The translations under genes and the position numbers were made by a program. This document shows, in pieces, positions 13,456 to 26,599 of a DNA stretch of 64,000 nucleotides; position 1 is the stretch's first letter; the number at the start of each line of letters is the position of its first letter. The notes under the pieces were generated by a model. That model did not search any database, was not told where the DNA came from, and saw only the letters and a program-made list of their open reading frames with translations. This DNA is from Octopus bimaculoides (taxonomy: Eukaryota), in assembly GCF_001194135.2 (NCBI RefSeq), contig NC_068988.1, positions 42,654,451 to 42,718,450 of the forward strand. The letters run 5' to 3'.

Positions 13456-13722
13456 ATGAAGGTTGACTGGATTACAGAGGTTGTCAGTCGTGACAAAGTC
13501 ATCATCTTGCTTGTTAATTATGCCTTCTTGCTTGTAGTAGTTGCCAGTTTCATGATTTTTCTCCTCTACCTAACGCAAGACCTCTCCCCAAATATCAACT
13601 GGTCGGCATCACTGATGCTCTTAGCTGCAGCTTTTGTTATAGCTAATATGTTTCTGGCCAGCTACATTGTCCAAGTGCTACATGTACGTAATGAACTGCC
13701 CATGATATACTTTCAGTCTTGA
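13456..13722 (+). CDS. Uncharacterised 88-aa protein with two predicted transmembrane helices
   Basis: MKVDWITEVVSRDKVIILLVNYAFLLVVVASFMIFLLYLTQDLSPNINWSASLMLLAAAFVIANMFLASYIVQVLHVRNELPMIYFQS*. Unique, non-repetitive, GC-richer than its flanks, with two hydrophobic ~20-aa runs. Strong acceptor CTTTTCTTTCTTCCAG ends at 13346. The open frame extends upstream to a TGA at 13357-13359. Confidence 0.6.
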   Translation: MKVDWITEVVSRDKVIILLVNYAFLLVVVASFMIFLLYLTQDLSPNINWSASLMLLAAAFVIANMFLASYIVQVLHVRNELPMIYFQS

Positions 13723-14086
13723 AAGTTTGTCATCTGTTCTGTCAACCTAATCCTCTTCCATCCATATCATTTTATTTTTGTCTTCACAAGTGAGAAATTA
13801 CAATCAAGTTAATTGGACCAGTTTGTTTTAGTATTTACTAACGCATACATATTGATGCTTGGTACACTCATACATTTGTTCTTTCTCTCGCTTTAGATAC
13901 TAATATATATATGTTTTTGTATGTGAATATTAATCTTATTCTATCTGGATTACACTTATATTTATGTGTATATATGTGAATATATAATGGAAGATAATTC
14001 CAAATTAATTCAAATAAAGATAAAATTAGGTGATACATTATAAACGTTTTAATAAGAAAGTTAAAATTTTAGCTTCATCCATTACC

Positions 14087-14662
14087 ATGGAGACACAAGC
14101 TAACAAAAATGACACTTACATTTCAAGTTTGAAAATCAAACCTGACTATTCACATTCTTCTCACTTATCCCCACCACAAAATCTTCTTTACCCCACGGAC
14201 CAAAGCAAACAACTGGACCCAACTGCTTCCTCATTACTGAGTCCTTGTTCAAAATATACAGTGTCACAGCTTGTGGACAGCGCACAGATCCTTGTCTCAA
14301 CATTTGTGTTCAGTCACTGGGACAACATCCTTGGACCTCGAGTTGAGCAAGTGTGGTTCAATGGTGAGGCTCTTCTGCTCGATCAAAGCACCCTTCTGCA
14401 GATCTGTAAGCAAGGTTTAGCTGGAGAACTATGTCGGGACTTAAGCAGCAGTATTACTGATTGGCGCATCCATACCATTCCGGACAAAAATGTTGCTGCG
14501 GTTGTATTTGTGTTCAGTGCTAATGGAACCAATGGCCTTTCTTTACATAGCTTCACTTTGATTATACAGTTGGACCAACTTGAATATTTTCTCCACCTCT
14601 CCGATCTTATCTACAGCTGGATTAGCCGGATGGTTGGTAAACTACGTGTACTTCTTGAGAAG
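14087..14662 (+). CDS. C9orf72: C9orf72 coding exon 1 (longin/uDENN region)
   Basis: ACCATGG start at 14087, acceptor-like TTTTAG at 14067-14072 just upstream. Encodes ...STFVFSHWDNILGPRVEQVW...VLLEK. Donor AAG|GTAAGC at 14662/14663, phase 0. Confidence 0.93.
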
Positions 14663-15117
14663 GTAAGCAATCTATATCATTTCTTTTCTCTTTCTATTTA
14701 TCTATATTGCTGGTGACCTAATAAACAATGCAAGTGAGTGTCAGGAAAGCAAAGTAGTCAGTTTAAAAGGTTCAGGGATCTCTTAACTCTATTGGCATTG
14801 AAAAGTTTCTTTCTTTGAGTGTAAGGCAGATATAGGTTGGTTGGTCAGCCTGAGACTAGAGAAGAAGGTACTTACCCAGGGTGCCATGTAGTAGGACTGA
14901 ACCCAAAACCATGTGCTGGGAAGTGAACTTCTTTAACCACAAGCCATGCCTGTAGCTCAGTTATTTAATAATAAAGATTTTTTTTTATATGGGCACAAAT
15001 TCAGAAATTCTGTGGCGTGAGAACAATCAATTATATTGATTCCAGTACTTCACTGTTACTTGTTTTATCAACAAATGAGATCAGCATTGGTGAGATTTGA
15101 ATTCAGAACTTATAAAA

Positions 15118-15350
15118 GGCGGTGAGCTGGCAGAAATGTTAGCGCACTGGGCGAAATGCTTAGCGGTATCTCGTCTGTCTTTACGTTCTGAGTTCAAATT
15201 CCGCCAAGGTTGACTTTGCCTTTCATCCTTTCGGGGTCGATAAATTAAGTACCAGTTACGCACTGGGGGTCGATGTAATCAACTTAATCCCTTTGTCTGT
15301 CCTTGTTTGTCCCCTCAATGTTTAGCCCCTTGTGGGCAATAAAGAAATAA
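15118..15350 (+). mobile_element. tRNA-derived SINE family B, young copy
   Basis: Head GGCGGTGAGCTGGCAGAAATGTTAGC, B-box GAGTTCAAATTCC, core GCCTTTCATCCTTTCGGGGTCGATAAATTAAGTACCAG. More than 20 related copies in the window, mostly embedded in (TAA)n. Confidence 0.9.
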
Positions 15351-15715
15351 GAACTTAAAGAGGTATAATTCAATACTGGGTGGCATTTTTTATTTGATGT
15401 CCTAACATTTCTGTCAATCCATTACGAGTTGTAAGGATTTTTAACATAGGCACAGAGTCACATGTGACGGATGCTGTTGTTTTGACATCAATACTTGATT
15501 AGTACTTTATTTTATTCACCTTAGAAGAATGATGGTGAAGAGGACACAGAGGTTTCAAATGGGGGCATGACTAAATACTGCAATGTATGGGTTTATTCCA
15601 TTGCTATACTAATTCTTGGGTTGCCCTTAATATCTAGTGTAAACATGAGATCACATAGCTTTGAGCATGGAGCAGTTGAACTGATTGATCTTAAATATGT
15701 AACTATTACCTATTG

Positions 15716-15941
15716 ATATCAAATTTTGGCACAAGGCCAGTAATTTCGGAGGAGAGGGTAAGTTGATTACATCAATCCCATTTTATTGATTCTGAAGAGA
15801 TGAAAGGTAAAGTCAACCTTGGTGGAATTAAAACTCAGAACAGAAATACAAATGAAATGCTGGTAAGCATTTTGTTCTGCATGCTAATGATTCTGCCATC
15901 TTGCTCTCTTGATGATGATGATGATGATAATAATAATAATG

Positions 15942-15976
<35 letters not shown>

Positions 15977-16421
15977 CTGTTCTACTTTAGGCATAAAGCC
16001 TGAAATTTTGGTGGAAGAGGGATAGTCGATTACATCAACCCCAGTGTTCAACTGCTACTTATGTAATTGGCTCTGAAAGGATGAGAGGCAAAGTTAGCCT
16101 CGACGTAAATTGAACTCAAAATATAAAGAGGGATGAATACTACTAAGTATTTTGTCTGGTGTGCTAACGATTCTGCCAGCTCACCACCTTTAATAGTAAT
16201 AATAATAATAATCCCTTCTACTATAGACACAAGGCCTGAAATTTGCGGGGAGGGGATAGTCAGTTACATTGACCCCAGTGTGTAACTGGTATTTATTTCA
16301 TCGAACACTGAAAAGATGAGAGACAAAATCGACCTTGGCGGAATTTGAACTCTGAACATAAGGACAGACAAAATGCTGCTCTGCATTTTGCCCAGCGTGC
16401 TAACAATTCTGCTACCTTGCC

Positions 16422-16468
<47 letters not shown>

Positions 16469-16630
16469 TGTTTCTAATTTAAGCCCAAAGGTCAGCAGTT
16501 TTGATTGGAGGGCATTAGTCAATACTATTGACCCCCACCCCCCAATACCTGACTGGTGCTTTATTTTATCAACCCTGAAAAGATGAAAGGCAAAGTTGAC
16601 TTTAGTGGGATTTGAACTCAGAACATAAAG
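15716..16630 (-). mobile_element. Run of four minus-strand SINE B copies separated by (TAA)n
   Basis: Repeated GGCACAAGGCC...ATGAAAGGCAAAGT.GAC...TTGAACTC blocks. Confidence 0.85.
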
Positions 16631-16661
16631 AACCATAAAAAAAAAATGAACAAAATAAATA

Positions 16662-17050
16662 GGTGCAGGAGTGGCTGTGTGGTAAGCAGCTTGCTTACCA
16701 ACCACATGGTTCTGGATTTAGTCCTACTGCGTGGCACCTTGGGCAAGTGTATTCTACTTATAGCCTCAGGCCGGCCAAAGCCTTGAGTGAATTTGGTAGA
16801 TGGAAACTAAAAGAAGCCTGTCGTATATATGTGTATGTTTGTGTGTCTGTGTTTGTTCCCCCATCGTCACATGACAACCAATGTTGGTGTGTTTACGTCC
16901 CTGTAACTTAGCGGTTCGGCAAAAGAGACCTATAGAATAAGTACTAGGCTTACAAAGAATAAGTCCCGAGGTTGATTTGTTTGACTAAAAGGCAGTGCTC
17001 CAGCATGACCACAGTCAAATGACTGAAACAAATAAAAGAATAAAAGAATA
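16662..17050 (+). mobile_element. tRNA-derived SINE family A, full length
   Basis: Head GGTGCAGGAGTGGCTGTGTGGTAAG, internal (GT/AT) microsatellite, tail GACTGAAACAAATAAAAGAATAAAAG. Partial copies near 7553, 8205, 10985, 14830, 17575, 19610, 20410, 38830, 45478, 46795, 50370, 51040 and 54870. Confidence 0.9.
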
Positions 17051-19442
17051 AATGAATTAAAATATATTGTTTGCATGAAAAAAGTAATTGAAATTTTCTT
17101 CTCCTACATACATAAATGGTACAAAGGAAAGATAATTATTCACTAACAAAAGCCACCCAATAGATGAAAAGAGTTCATTCAAGCTGATAGATGTCTGATT
17201 CTAAATTCTATAGAATGATAGAATAATTGTAAGGTAATTCTTTTCACTCTGTAATCCTTATATTTACACGTAAAAACAAATGAAACAATAGACCATGTTC
17301 ATTATTAAATTAAATTCATTTCAATATTTAGGTATTTAATGAGTGTTAGCATGGCAATGTGACTAACAAATTCACTTTGCAACAGTGGGCCTCTTAAGTT
17401 CAATCCCATAGCACAGCACCTTGGACAAGTGTCTTCCATCAAAGCTTTTGGGTTGGCTAATGCCTTGTGACAGTATCAGTTAAGTACTGGGGTCAATATA
17501 ATTGACTGGTCTCTCTCTACAAAATTCCTGACTTTGTGCCTATTTAAGAAAACCTTTATCAATAAATGATAGCAGTGCAGGCATGGTTGTATGGATTATG
17601 AAGTTCACTTTCCAACCGCATGGTTTTGGTTTCAGTTCCCATTGCATAACACCTTGGGCAAGCAAATGTCTTCAACTGTGTGTGTCCTGACAATAACTGT
17701 AAATGAGTGGAAGATGATAAAAGGTGTGGATGTCCCTCCCCACTCTCTGTATGTATGTATGTATGTGTGTGTGTATGTATGCATATATATATATATGGGA
17801 GAATATACAAATAATAACAACAGACGAGGACAGGTGGTGTAAATAACAAAAGTATATATTAGTAAAGGAATTTATATGTAATGACCATTATTTTTAACTT
17901 GTCTCTTATATATCATTCTGTAAAAAACAGTTTATCTGAAGCCCATCCATGGATTTACAATATAGAATTGTGATGAACCATAACTTGGGACCCTACCAAA
18001 AGATTACTGGGAGTTTTTTTGTTATCTTGGTCTGCCTACAGAGAGCTCATGAAGTATTTTGCTTGGATTGATAATTCTTCACTATTTGTTCTGTGTGTGT
18101 GTGTGTGTGTATCTGTATATGGCTATATGGTTAAGGCAAGTGTCTTCTGCTGCAACCTTAGGCTGTCCAAAGCATCCAGCCATAAAAAAGAAATCTGTCA
18201 CACAAAAAGTACTAAACACACACACACACACACACACACATCTACACAACTATGTGTAGGTAGTGTTGTTAATAAGTTTGCTTCTCAACCATGTGGTTTC
18301 AGGTTCAATTCCACTGCATGATACTCTGGGCAAGTGTCTCGTGTCTTCACCTGTGATATTGTGAGTGAACAAACAAAAGGAAGTTGAGAGAAATTTGGCA
18401 GAAGTTAACCAATAATATCAACAACAGCAACAACTTATTGATGTTATTGATTAACCTCAATAAGTGATTGGACATACTCAATGGTGCATAATGGCACAAG
18501 AGTGTCTGATTGAAGAGTATTTGATCATTTCTACCAGTCTCCATCTACCGTCACATTTCCAATGTGGAGCATGTTAACCTTAGATGTCACACTTAAGACC
18601 TGTTTATGATTCCTCTACCTCAGCTTATAAAGAGAGATCTTACATCTATATTGATTAGGTGTAGACGCTACATGTAAGTTCTCAAGCTGATTTTATATCT
18701 GATACTTCGTCAATAAACAAACCCATCTGCTGTTTGGGAGTGACCCACAAATTTTGTACATGTAATTTTAGTTAAATTTCAGTGTATAATTAAACATTGA
18801 CAGGCATACTATTGTAAGTGTTAAGACTATACAAACTTGGACACTATTTTAAAGAGAGTAAGGAAATTGTTCAAAAAAGATTTGTCTTGAAGAGGACTAT
18901 GGGACTTGTTCTGTGCAGTTCCTATTTCATATAAATGAAGTGTTTGTTGTTGGATATTTGGCTGCTGTGTTGAACAAGTTGAACCTTTATTATTCAGATT
19001 ACTCTTTCAAATGTAATACTTATTTATATTGTTTTGAGTTGATCATACATTATCTCATAACTTTGACATTTTATACGATTATTTATTTTGAGAATGATAT
19101 AGGGTAGGTGTGTGAGGCCAGATCTGGCAGATTTGTGCATAAACCAAGTAGAATATTTGGGTTGGATACAGCCAGTTTAAATGCTAAAGGGTTAAGGAAC
19201 TACGTAGATGCTCTGTTGATGATTCATAGTGTCCGTATTATGAAGATAATGTGGATCTTGTGAAAAAATTTAGCTATTATGTGGGATAGGTTGAGGAACT
19301 ACATGTAAGATGTTTTGGTGGTTTGTGTGCCCCCTCCCTGCCATAAACATTTGAGGATTTAGCTGCTGCTTTGAGCAGGTTCATTGACCATGTAGAAGCT
19401 TTCTGACTGCAATTTTTTTCTACATTCTTCTGTCTGTTACAG

Positions 19443-19544
19443 GATTCTAGAAATGAAGCTCTGTCTGTATTTACATCTTACCTGTGTAATTTTACAGAGA
19501 TGCTGCTATCTTTGAGTGAAGCTAAGCTACCAACTGAAGTTGAA
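19443..19544 (+). CDS. C9orf72: C9orf72 coding exon 2
   Basis: Pyrimidine tract and TTACAG acceptor. Encodes DSRNEALSVFTSYLCNFTEMLLSLSEAKLPTEVE (cf. human MELLSSMKSHSVPEEID). GTAAGT donor; 102 nt. Not shown in the ORF track. Confidence 0.85.
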
Positions 19545-19729
19545 GTAAGTAAAACAAAGTTTTATGTTTCTAGTCTGTGTGTGCATGCAAGATATGTGTT
19601 TATCTCCACATAGGTACAGGTGTGGCTCTGTGGTTGAGAGGTCTGTTTCCCAACCATATGGTTTTTGTTTCAGTCCCATTGCTTGGCACATTAGTGTCTT
19701 CTGTTATGGCCCTCTGAATGGATTTAGTG

Positions 19730-20170
19730 GTAATGATGATAGGTCATGTGATGCAGATGGATGCCAACAGCTCCATCTGTTGGCATCTCTCTCAAAGTGG
19801 ATGGAAGTGCCATTCTCTCAAAGTGGATGGAACACATGGAAGTGAGAGACTCAGGAAGACATGGGACGAAGTACTGAAGAACAACCTCAGGACACTGAAT
19901 CTTTCAGGTGAGATAATGAAGAACCAAGATGCCTGGTGCCTTGCTGTATTCAAGAAAATCCGTACTCTGCAGCAGAATTGTTAAGACTGATCGTTCTATT
20001 GGTGTAAAGCACTCATGGTGACATGTAAAAGCCCCATGGAGTTCCACATAAAAACACTTGTGCGGTGCCACATAAAAGCATCCAGCATACTCTGTAAAGT
20101 GGTTAGTATTAGGAAGGACATCCAGCTGTAGAAACTGTCAGCACCAGTATTGCAGTCAAAACATCTTGTA
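19730..20170 (+). mobile_element. RTE LINE 3' fragment
   Basis: Encodes GHVMQMDANSSI...LKVDGTHGSERLRKTWDEVLKNNL, continuing into the family 3' UTR. Confidence 0.85.
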
Positions 20171-23100
20171 ATCACATGAGAGCATTTGTGTGTGTGTCTT
20201 TGTGTCTGTGTTTGTACTCCACCATCGCGCGACAACGGATATTGGTGTATTTATGTCCATATAACTCAGTTGTTTTGGTAAAAAAGACCAATAGAATAAA
20301 TACCAGGTTTAAAAAAAGAACTAGTGTTGATTCATTGGGTTAAACATTCCTCAAGGCAAGTGCTTCAGCATTGTTGCAGTCTAATGACTAAGACAGTGAC
20401 ACAACATAAACACAAAACCATGTATGTATTTATTTCAGGCATCCACTCAGTTTCAGTCTAACAAATTCCACTTAAACAGTTATTGATCAACCTGGAAGTA
20501 TGGCACAAGACTGTTGCCTGTGGTGCCATACTTAGAATTGAACTCAGAAATGTGTATTTGTGAAGCAGACATCTTAACTACATACTTATGTGTATACTTA
20601 TGTACACACATACACATATCATTATCATATATCACCATCATTGTCATTGTTTTAATGTTCATTTTTCCATGCTTGCGTGGGTTGGATAGTGCATGTTGCT
20701 GCAGATTTTCTATGGCTGGATGGCCCTCCTGTTGCCAACCCTCACTTGTTTCTGAGCAAGGTAATATTTCCCCATGAGCAGACATGTTTTCATGGAAGAT
20801 TGGAAATGAAGGGCACCACTTGCATGACAGTGGCATTCATTCACAACTAACATATAATGTCAAGTCAAAGCAACACAAGCTCTTTCTCTTTCTCACTCTC
20901 ACACACACATATTAGCAATCTGTGTATCATACTTGAAGCGTATGTACTGATGAAAGCCTTCTAAATTGCAGTATTTGCCTTAAAAAAAGCATCCCTTATA
21001 GATGTATAATATTAAAAACATAAATTTATCAGCAGCAGGCAAAATTCATCAACCAACAGTGATGTCATTACTAAATCCAGATTTCTGCTTTTTTGAGGTT
21101 TCATCAGTAGCAAGTATCCACTATCACTGCTTGACAAACATAAATTGGCTGCTAACTGATATAGCTAAATAGAGATTGAAAGGTCTTAGATGTCACACTT
21201 AACCAGCAGACTGGATAAAAACCTAAATCCAGAACCATGTAGTTGGGAAAAACCTAAATCCAGAACTATGTAGGTGGTGTTTGCTTATTNNNNNNNNNNN
21301 NNNNNNNNNNNNNNNNNNNNNNNNNNNNNNNNNNNNNNNNNNNNNNNNNNNNNNNNNNNNNNNNNNNNNNNNNNNNNNNNNNNNNNNNNNNNNNNNNNNN
21401 NNNNNNNNNNNNNNNNNNNNNNNNNNNNNNNNNNNNNNNNNNNNNNNNNNNNNNNNNNNNNNNNNNNNNNNNNNNNNNNNNNNNNNNNNNNNNNNNNNNN
21501 NNNNNNNNNNNNNNNNNNNNNNNNNNNNNNNNNNNNNNNNNNNNNNNNNNNNNNNNNNNNNNNNNNNNNNNNNNNNNNNNNNNNNNNNNNNNNNNNNNNN
21601 NNNNNNNNNNNNNNNNNNNNNNNNNNNNNNNNNNNNNNNNNNNNNNNNNNNNNNNNNNNNNNNNNNNNNNNNNNNNNNNNNNNNNNNNNNNNNNNNNNNN
21701 NNNNNNNNNNNNNNNNNNNNNNNNNNNNNNNNNNNNNNNNNNNNNNNNNNNNNNNNNNNNNNNNNNNNNNNNNNNNNNNNNNNNNNNNNNNNNNNNNNNN
21801 NNNNNNNNNNNNNNNNNNNNNNNNNNNNNNNNNNNNNNNNNNNNNNNNNNNNNNNNNNNNNNNNNNNNNNNNNNNNNNNNNNNNNNNNNNNNNNNNNNNN
21901 NNNNNNNNNNNNNNNNNNNNNNNNNNNNNNNNNNNNNNNNNCATACATTCATACATACATACATACATACATACATACATACATACATACATACATACCC
22001 CTGCCCCTCTCATAATTCCTTGTCTTGCGAGTTACTTGGTGACCCTGCCAGTGCTGGTGCTACATAAGAAGCATCCAGTTCACACTGTAAAGTGGTTGGC
22101 ATTTAGAAGATCATCCAGCTGTAAAAATCATGCCAAAACTAACCTTACATGTGCTAGTGCCACGTAAAAAGCATTGACCCCACTCTGCAGAGTGGTTGGT
22201 GTTAAGAAGGGTATACAACCATAAAGACCCTGCCAAAACAGATACAGTAGCATATTTTTTCCACCTTATTTTGCATTTATGTGCTCACCTGTGTATTTAT
22301 ATATATTATCATTATTATTTAAAACAGTTTGATTTGGCCATGTGCAACTTCAAGTTTCATAGGCTTCATACAGAAACCTGTTTTAAATAATATATGTAAC
22401 CCCTAAATGTGTTGAGTGCCTTTTTCTTTAATTTGTCCACTCACCTGTATATATACATATGTACACACATACACACACACACACACACACATATAGCTGA
22501 TATATCAGATAATCGTCATCACAAATTGATGTTACCCGTCACTCTATTGATTAATTGATTAAGTGTATATAGAAGCTGATGACTTTCATGTATTGATTGT
22601 TAGAGACACACTGTGATGAATTGATTTTCATCATTGAAGAGACTGGTGTTTTATGGTTGCAGGTAAGACTTGATTTGTGTGATGTGACATCACCTGTTTG
22701 CTTTATTTCTGTATCTCTCTTTCTCTCTCTCTCTCTATATGTGTGTGTGTGTGTGTGTTTTTGTGTGAGTGTGAGGAGGGTGTGTAGCCATGGTTACATT
22801 GACATCAGAGCAGGCTGGAACAGAATGGAACACTAGTTTGCCAAACTGTTGTTATGGTTGAAATAATGATTTTTCTTTTTTCTTGGTGGNNNNNNNNNNN
22901 NNNNNNNNNNNNNNNNNNNNNNNNNNNNNNNNNNNNNNNNNNNNNNNNNNNNNNNNNNNNNNNNNNNNNNNNNNNNNNNNNNNNNNNNNNNNNNNNNNNN
23001 NNNNNNNNNNNNNNNNNNNNNNNNNNNNNNNNNNNGGTTTGGGGGGGGGGGTTGTTTAGTACCTAATAAGTGAAAATGGGGTGGGTAGGTGGGGGATATT

Positions 23101-23439
23101 TGTATGCTGTGTCTGTTGAGTTAAATATTGTGGAGGTTTCCTGAGTCACGGAAAAATAATACAAGATTGAAGTTTAATTGATTTCCTTTTACTATTCCGC
23201 CCCACTTACTGCCACCTATTCCACTATCATCGGAGACATGTGTGCTGTCAATTGCTATTGGCCCCCTCCTACTCCCCACTGTGCTTTCTCCATAGTGGTG
23301 GCTTACAGCATAACAAAGAGAGTGTCTATTCAGAGGTAACAATAATAATGTTGATAAATCCTCCTCCTTCCACCAGTGCTACCTCTGTTACTACTACTAC
23401 TACTACTACTACTACTATACTATTGCTACTAATGGTTTC

Positions 23440-24037
23440 GAATTTCATCATGAAGCCAACAATTTTGATGTGAGGGGGGAAAGTTGATTGTATCAACCTC
23501 AGTACTTGACTGATCCTTTATTCTATTGACCCTTAAAAATGATGAAAGGCAATTGACTTCTGTAGCATTTGAACTCAAACTATATTTTATAGGCAGTGAG
23601 CTGGCAGTAATGTTAGCACACCGGGCGAAATGCTTAGCAGTATTTCGTCTGTCTTTACGTTCTGAGTTCAAATTCTGCTGAGGTCGACTTTGCTTTTCAA
23701 CCTTTTGGGGTCGATAAATTAATACTGGGGTTGTTCTAATCGACTGCCCACCCCACTCACAAAATTTTGGGCCTTGTACCTAGAGTAGAAAAAAAACAAC
23801 ATTATTATTTTATTATTATTAAGGTGGTGAGCTACTAGCAGAAACGTTACCACCCTGGACGAAATGCTTAGCGGTATTTTGCCTGTCACTCCATTCTGAG
23901 TTCTAATTCTGGCGAGATTGACTTTGCCTATCATCATTCCAGGGTCGGTAGAATTAGTACCAGTTATGCACTGGGTTTGATGAAATTGTGTCACCTCTTC
24001 CCCCCAAAATTTCTGCCCTTGTGGAAAATTTTGAAAC

Positions 24038-24068
<31 letters not shown>

Positions 24069-26545
24069 TTCTTATTATTAAGGCATTGAGCTGGCAGAAT
24101 TGTTAACATGCCAGGCAAAATGTTTAGCGGTATTTCATCCGTCTTTGCGTTCTGAGTTCAAATTCTGCCAAGGTCAACTTTGCCTTTCATCCTTTCGGGG
24201 TTGATGAAATAAGTACCAATGAAACACTGGGGTTGATGTAATTGAGAAGCCCCACAACACTCCCTCGAAAGTTTCAAGCCTTGTGCCTATAGTACAAAAG
24301 GTTATTATTATAATCTACCAGGGGGTTGGTATTAAGAAGGGCTCTTGTCAAACCATCCCATCTGTGCCAGCATGGAAGGCAGATGTTAAATAATGATGAT
24401 TATCATTTTTATTATGATTATCATCATCATTAATAACAATAATAATCCTTTCTACTGGAAGCACAAGGCCTCAAATTTGGGAGAAGGGATTAAGTCAATT
24501 ACATCGACTCCAGTGCATAACTGGTACTTATTTTATTGACCCTGAAATGATGAAAGGCAAAGTTGACCCCGGCGGAATTTGAACTGAGAATGTAGCAGCA
24601 GATGAAATGCTGCTAAGCATGTTGCCTGGCATGCTAGCAATTCTGCCAGCTCACCACTTAATAATAATAATAATACTAATATTCCTTTCTACTATACGAC
24701 TGAAAGAAGCTCGTCGTATATATGTATCATCATCATCATCATCATCATCGTTTAACGTCCGCTTTCCATGCTAGCATGGGTTGGACGATTTGACTGAGGA
24801 CTGGTGAAACCGGATGGCAACAGCAGGCTCCAGTCTGATTTGGCAGAGTTTCTACAGCTGGATGCCCTTCCTAACGCCAACCACTCAGAGAGTGTTTACA
24901 GTCTTTATTGCACCTGAACATCTGCCACAAACAAAAACTAACTTGCTAGTTAACCTGCCTTTGATGTTGCTGCACCTCTTATGGGTCCATAGCTTGCNNN
25001 NNNNNNNNNNNNNNNNNNNNNNNNNNNNNNNNNNNNNNNNNNNNNNNNNNNNNNNNNNNNNNNNNNNNNNNNNNNNNNNNNNNNNNNNNNNNNNNNNNNN
25101 NNNNNNNNNNNNNNNNNNNNNNNNNNNNNNNNNNNNNNNNNNNNNNNNNNNNNNNNNNNNNNNNNNNNNNNNNNNNNNNNNNNNNNNNNNNNNNNNNNNN
25201 NNNNNNNNNNNNNNNNNNNNNNNNNNNNNNNNNNNNNNNNNNNNNNNNNNNNNNNNNNNNNNNNNNNNNNNNNNNNNNNNNNNNNNNNNNNNNNNNNNNN
25301 NNNNNNNNNNNNNNNNNNNNNNNNNNNNNNNNNNNNNNNNNNNNNNNNNNNNNNNNNNNNNNNNNNNNNNNNNNNNNNNNNNNNNNNNNNNNNNNNNNNN
25401 NNNNNNNNNNNNNNNNNNNNNNNNNNNNNNNNNNNNNNNNNNNNNNNNNNNNNNNNNNNNNNNNNNNNNNNNNNNNNNNNNNNNNNNNNNNNNNNNNNNN
25501 NNNNNNNNNNNNNNNNNNNNNNNNNNNNNNNNNNNNNNNNNNNNNNNNNNNNNNNNNNNNNNNNNNNNNNNNNNNNNNNNNNNNNNNNNNNNNNNNNNNN
25601 NNNNNNNNNNNNNNNNNNNNNNNNNNNNNNNNNNNNNNNNNNNNNNNNNNNNNNNNNNNNNNNNNNNNNNNNNNNNNNNNNNNNNNNNNNNNNNNNNNNN
25701 NNNNNNNNNNNNNNNNNNNNNNNNNNNNNNNNNNNNNNNNNNNNNNNNNNNNNNNNNNNCTGGGGTCGATATGCTCGACCAAAAGGTGGTGCTCCGGCAT
25801 GGCTACAGTCAAATGACTGAAACAAGTAAAAGAGAGTATAGGCACAAGGCCTGAAATTTAGGAGAGGGGGATAGCTGATTAACTTGACCCCTAGTACGTA
25901 ACTGGTACTTATTTCATTGATGATGAAAGGCAGTCGACTTGGACAGAGTTTGAACTCAGACTGTTAAGACAGATGAAACACTGTTAAGCATTTCACCCAG
26001 TGTGCTAATGATCCTGCCAGCTCATCACCTTAATAATGATGATAATAATAATCCTTTCTACTAAAGGCACAAGGCCAGAAATTTTGGGGTGGGGGCTAGT
26101 CGATTATATTGACCCTAGTATGTAACTGGTACTTATTTCATCGAACCTGAAAGGATGAAAGGCAAAGTCAACCCTGGTGGAATGTGAACTCAGAATGTAC
26201 TGATGGACAAAATACTGCCAAATATTTTGTCTGACATGCATTAAGCTCACCACCTTAATGATGACAATTTCAAATTTTGGCACAAGAAATTCTGCAAACC
26301 GTTTTTTCCCAATGATTCTGCCAGCTCTCTGCCTTAATGATGATGATGATATTTTCAAATTTTGGCACAAGGCCAGCAAGTTAATGGGACGGGTAAATCG
26401 GTTACATTGATCCCACTACTAAATCGGTGCTTATTTTATCAACCCTGAAAAGATGAAAAGCAAAATTGACTTTGGCAGAATTTGAACTCAGAGCATAAAG
26501 ATGGATGAACCATCACTTAGAATTTTATTTGGTGTGTTAACAATT
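23440..26545. mobile_element. Dense SINE B cluster (about nine copies, both orientations) plus RTE tail fragments
   Basis: Plus copies at ~23590, 23821 and 24080; minus copies at ~23440, 24445, 25840, 26050 and 26350; all in C9orf72 coding intron 2. Confidence 0.85.
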
Positions 26546-26599
26546 TTGCCAGCCTGTCACCTTAATGATAAAAATAACAATAATGAGATATGGGCCCTG

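Noticed and set aside
13347-13722. Selenocysteine or readthrough at TGA 13357 (ACG TGA TGT) joining MDEPLFIS to the TM ORF
   Set aside because: The frame match has a one-in-three chance, the splice is hypothetical, and I see no convincing SECIS stem-loop in 13723-14070. A SECIS search and orthologue alignment would settle it.
4405-14072. GGGGCC hexanucleotide repeat analogous to the human C9orf72 expansion
   Set aside because: No G4C2 array is visible in the putative first intron or anywhere else. Two small gaps (12524-12581, 13017-13116) cannot be inspected, but their flanks are (TA)/(TATG) and RTE tail sequence.
14030-14086. GTG start proposed by the ORF track for the 228-aa ORF
   Set aside because: Eukaryotic context; the ATG at 14087 has a good Kozak context and an acceptor-like AG lies at 14071-14072. 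The ORF tail after 14662 is intron read-through.
21221-21275. 32-bp tandem duplication AAAACCTAAATCCAGAAC(C/T)ATGTAG
   Set aside because: Only two units at a contig edge; no functional inference possible.
23440-26545. CRISPR-like regularly spaced repeats
   Set aside because: Units are ~200-nt SINEs in mixed orientation in an intron-containing animal gene; no cas genes or spacer structure.
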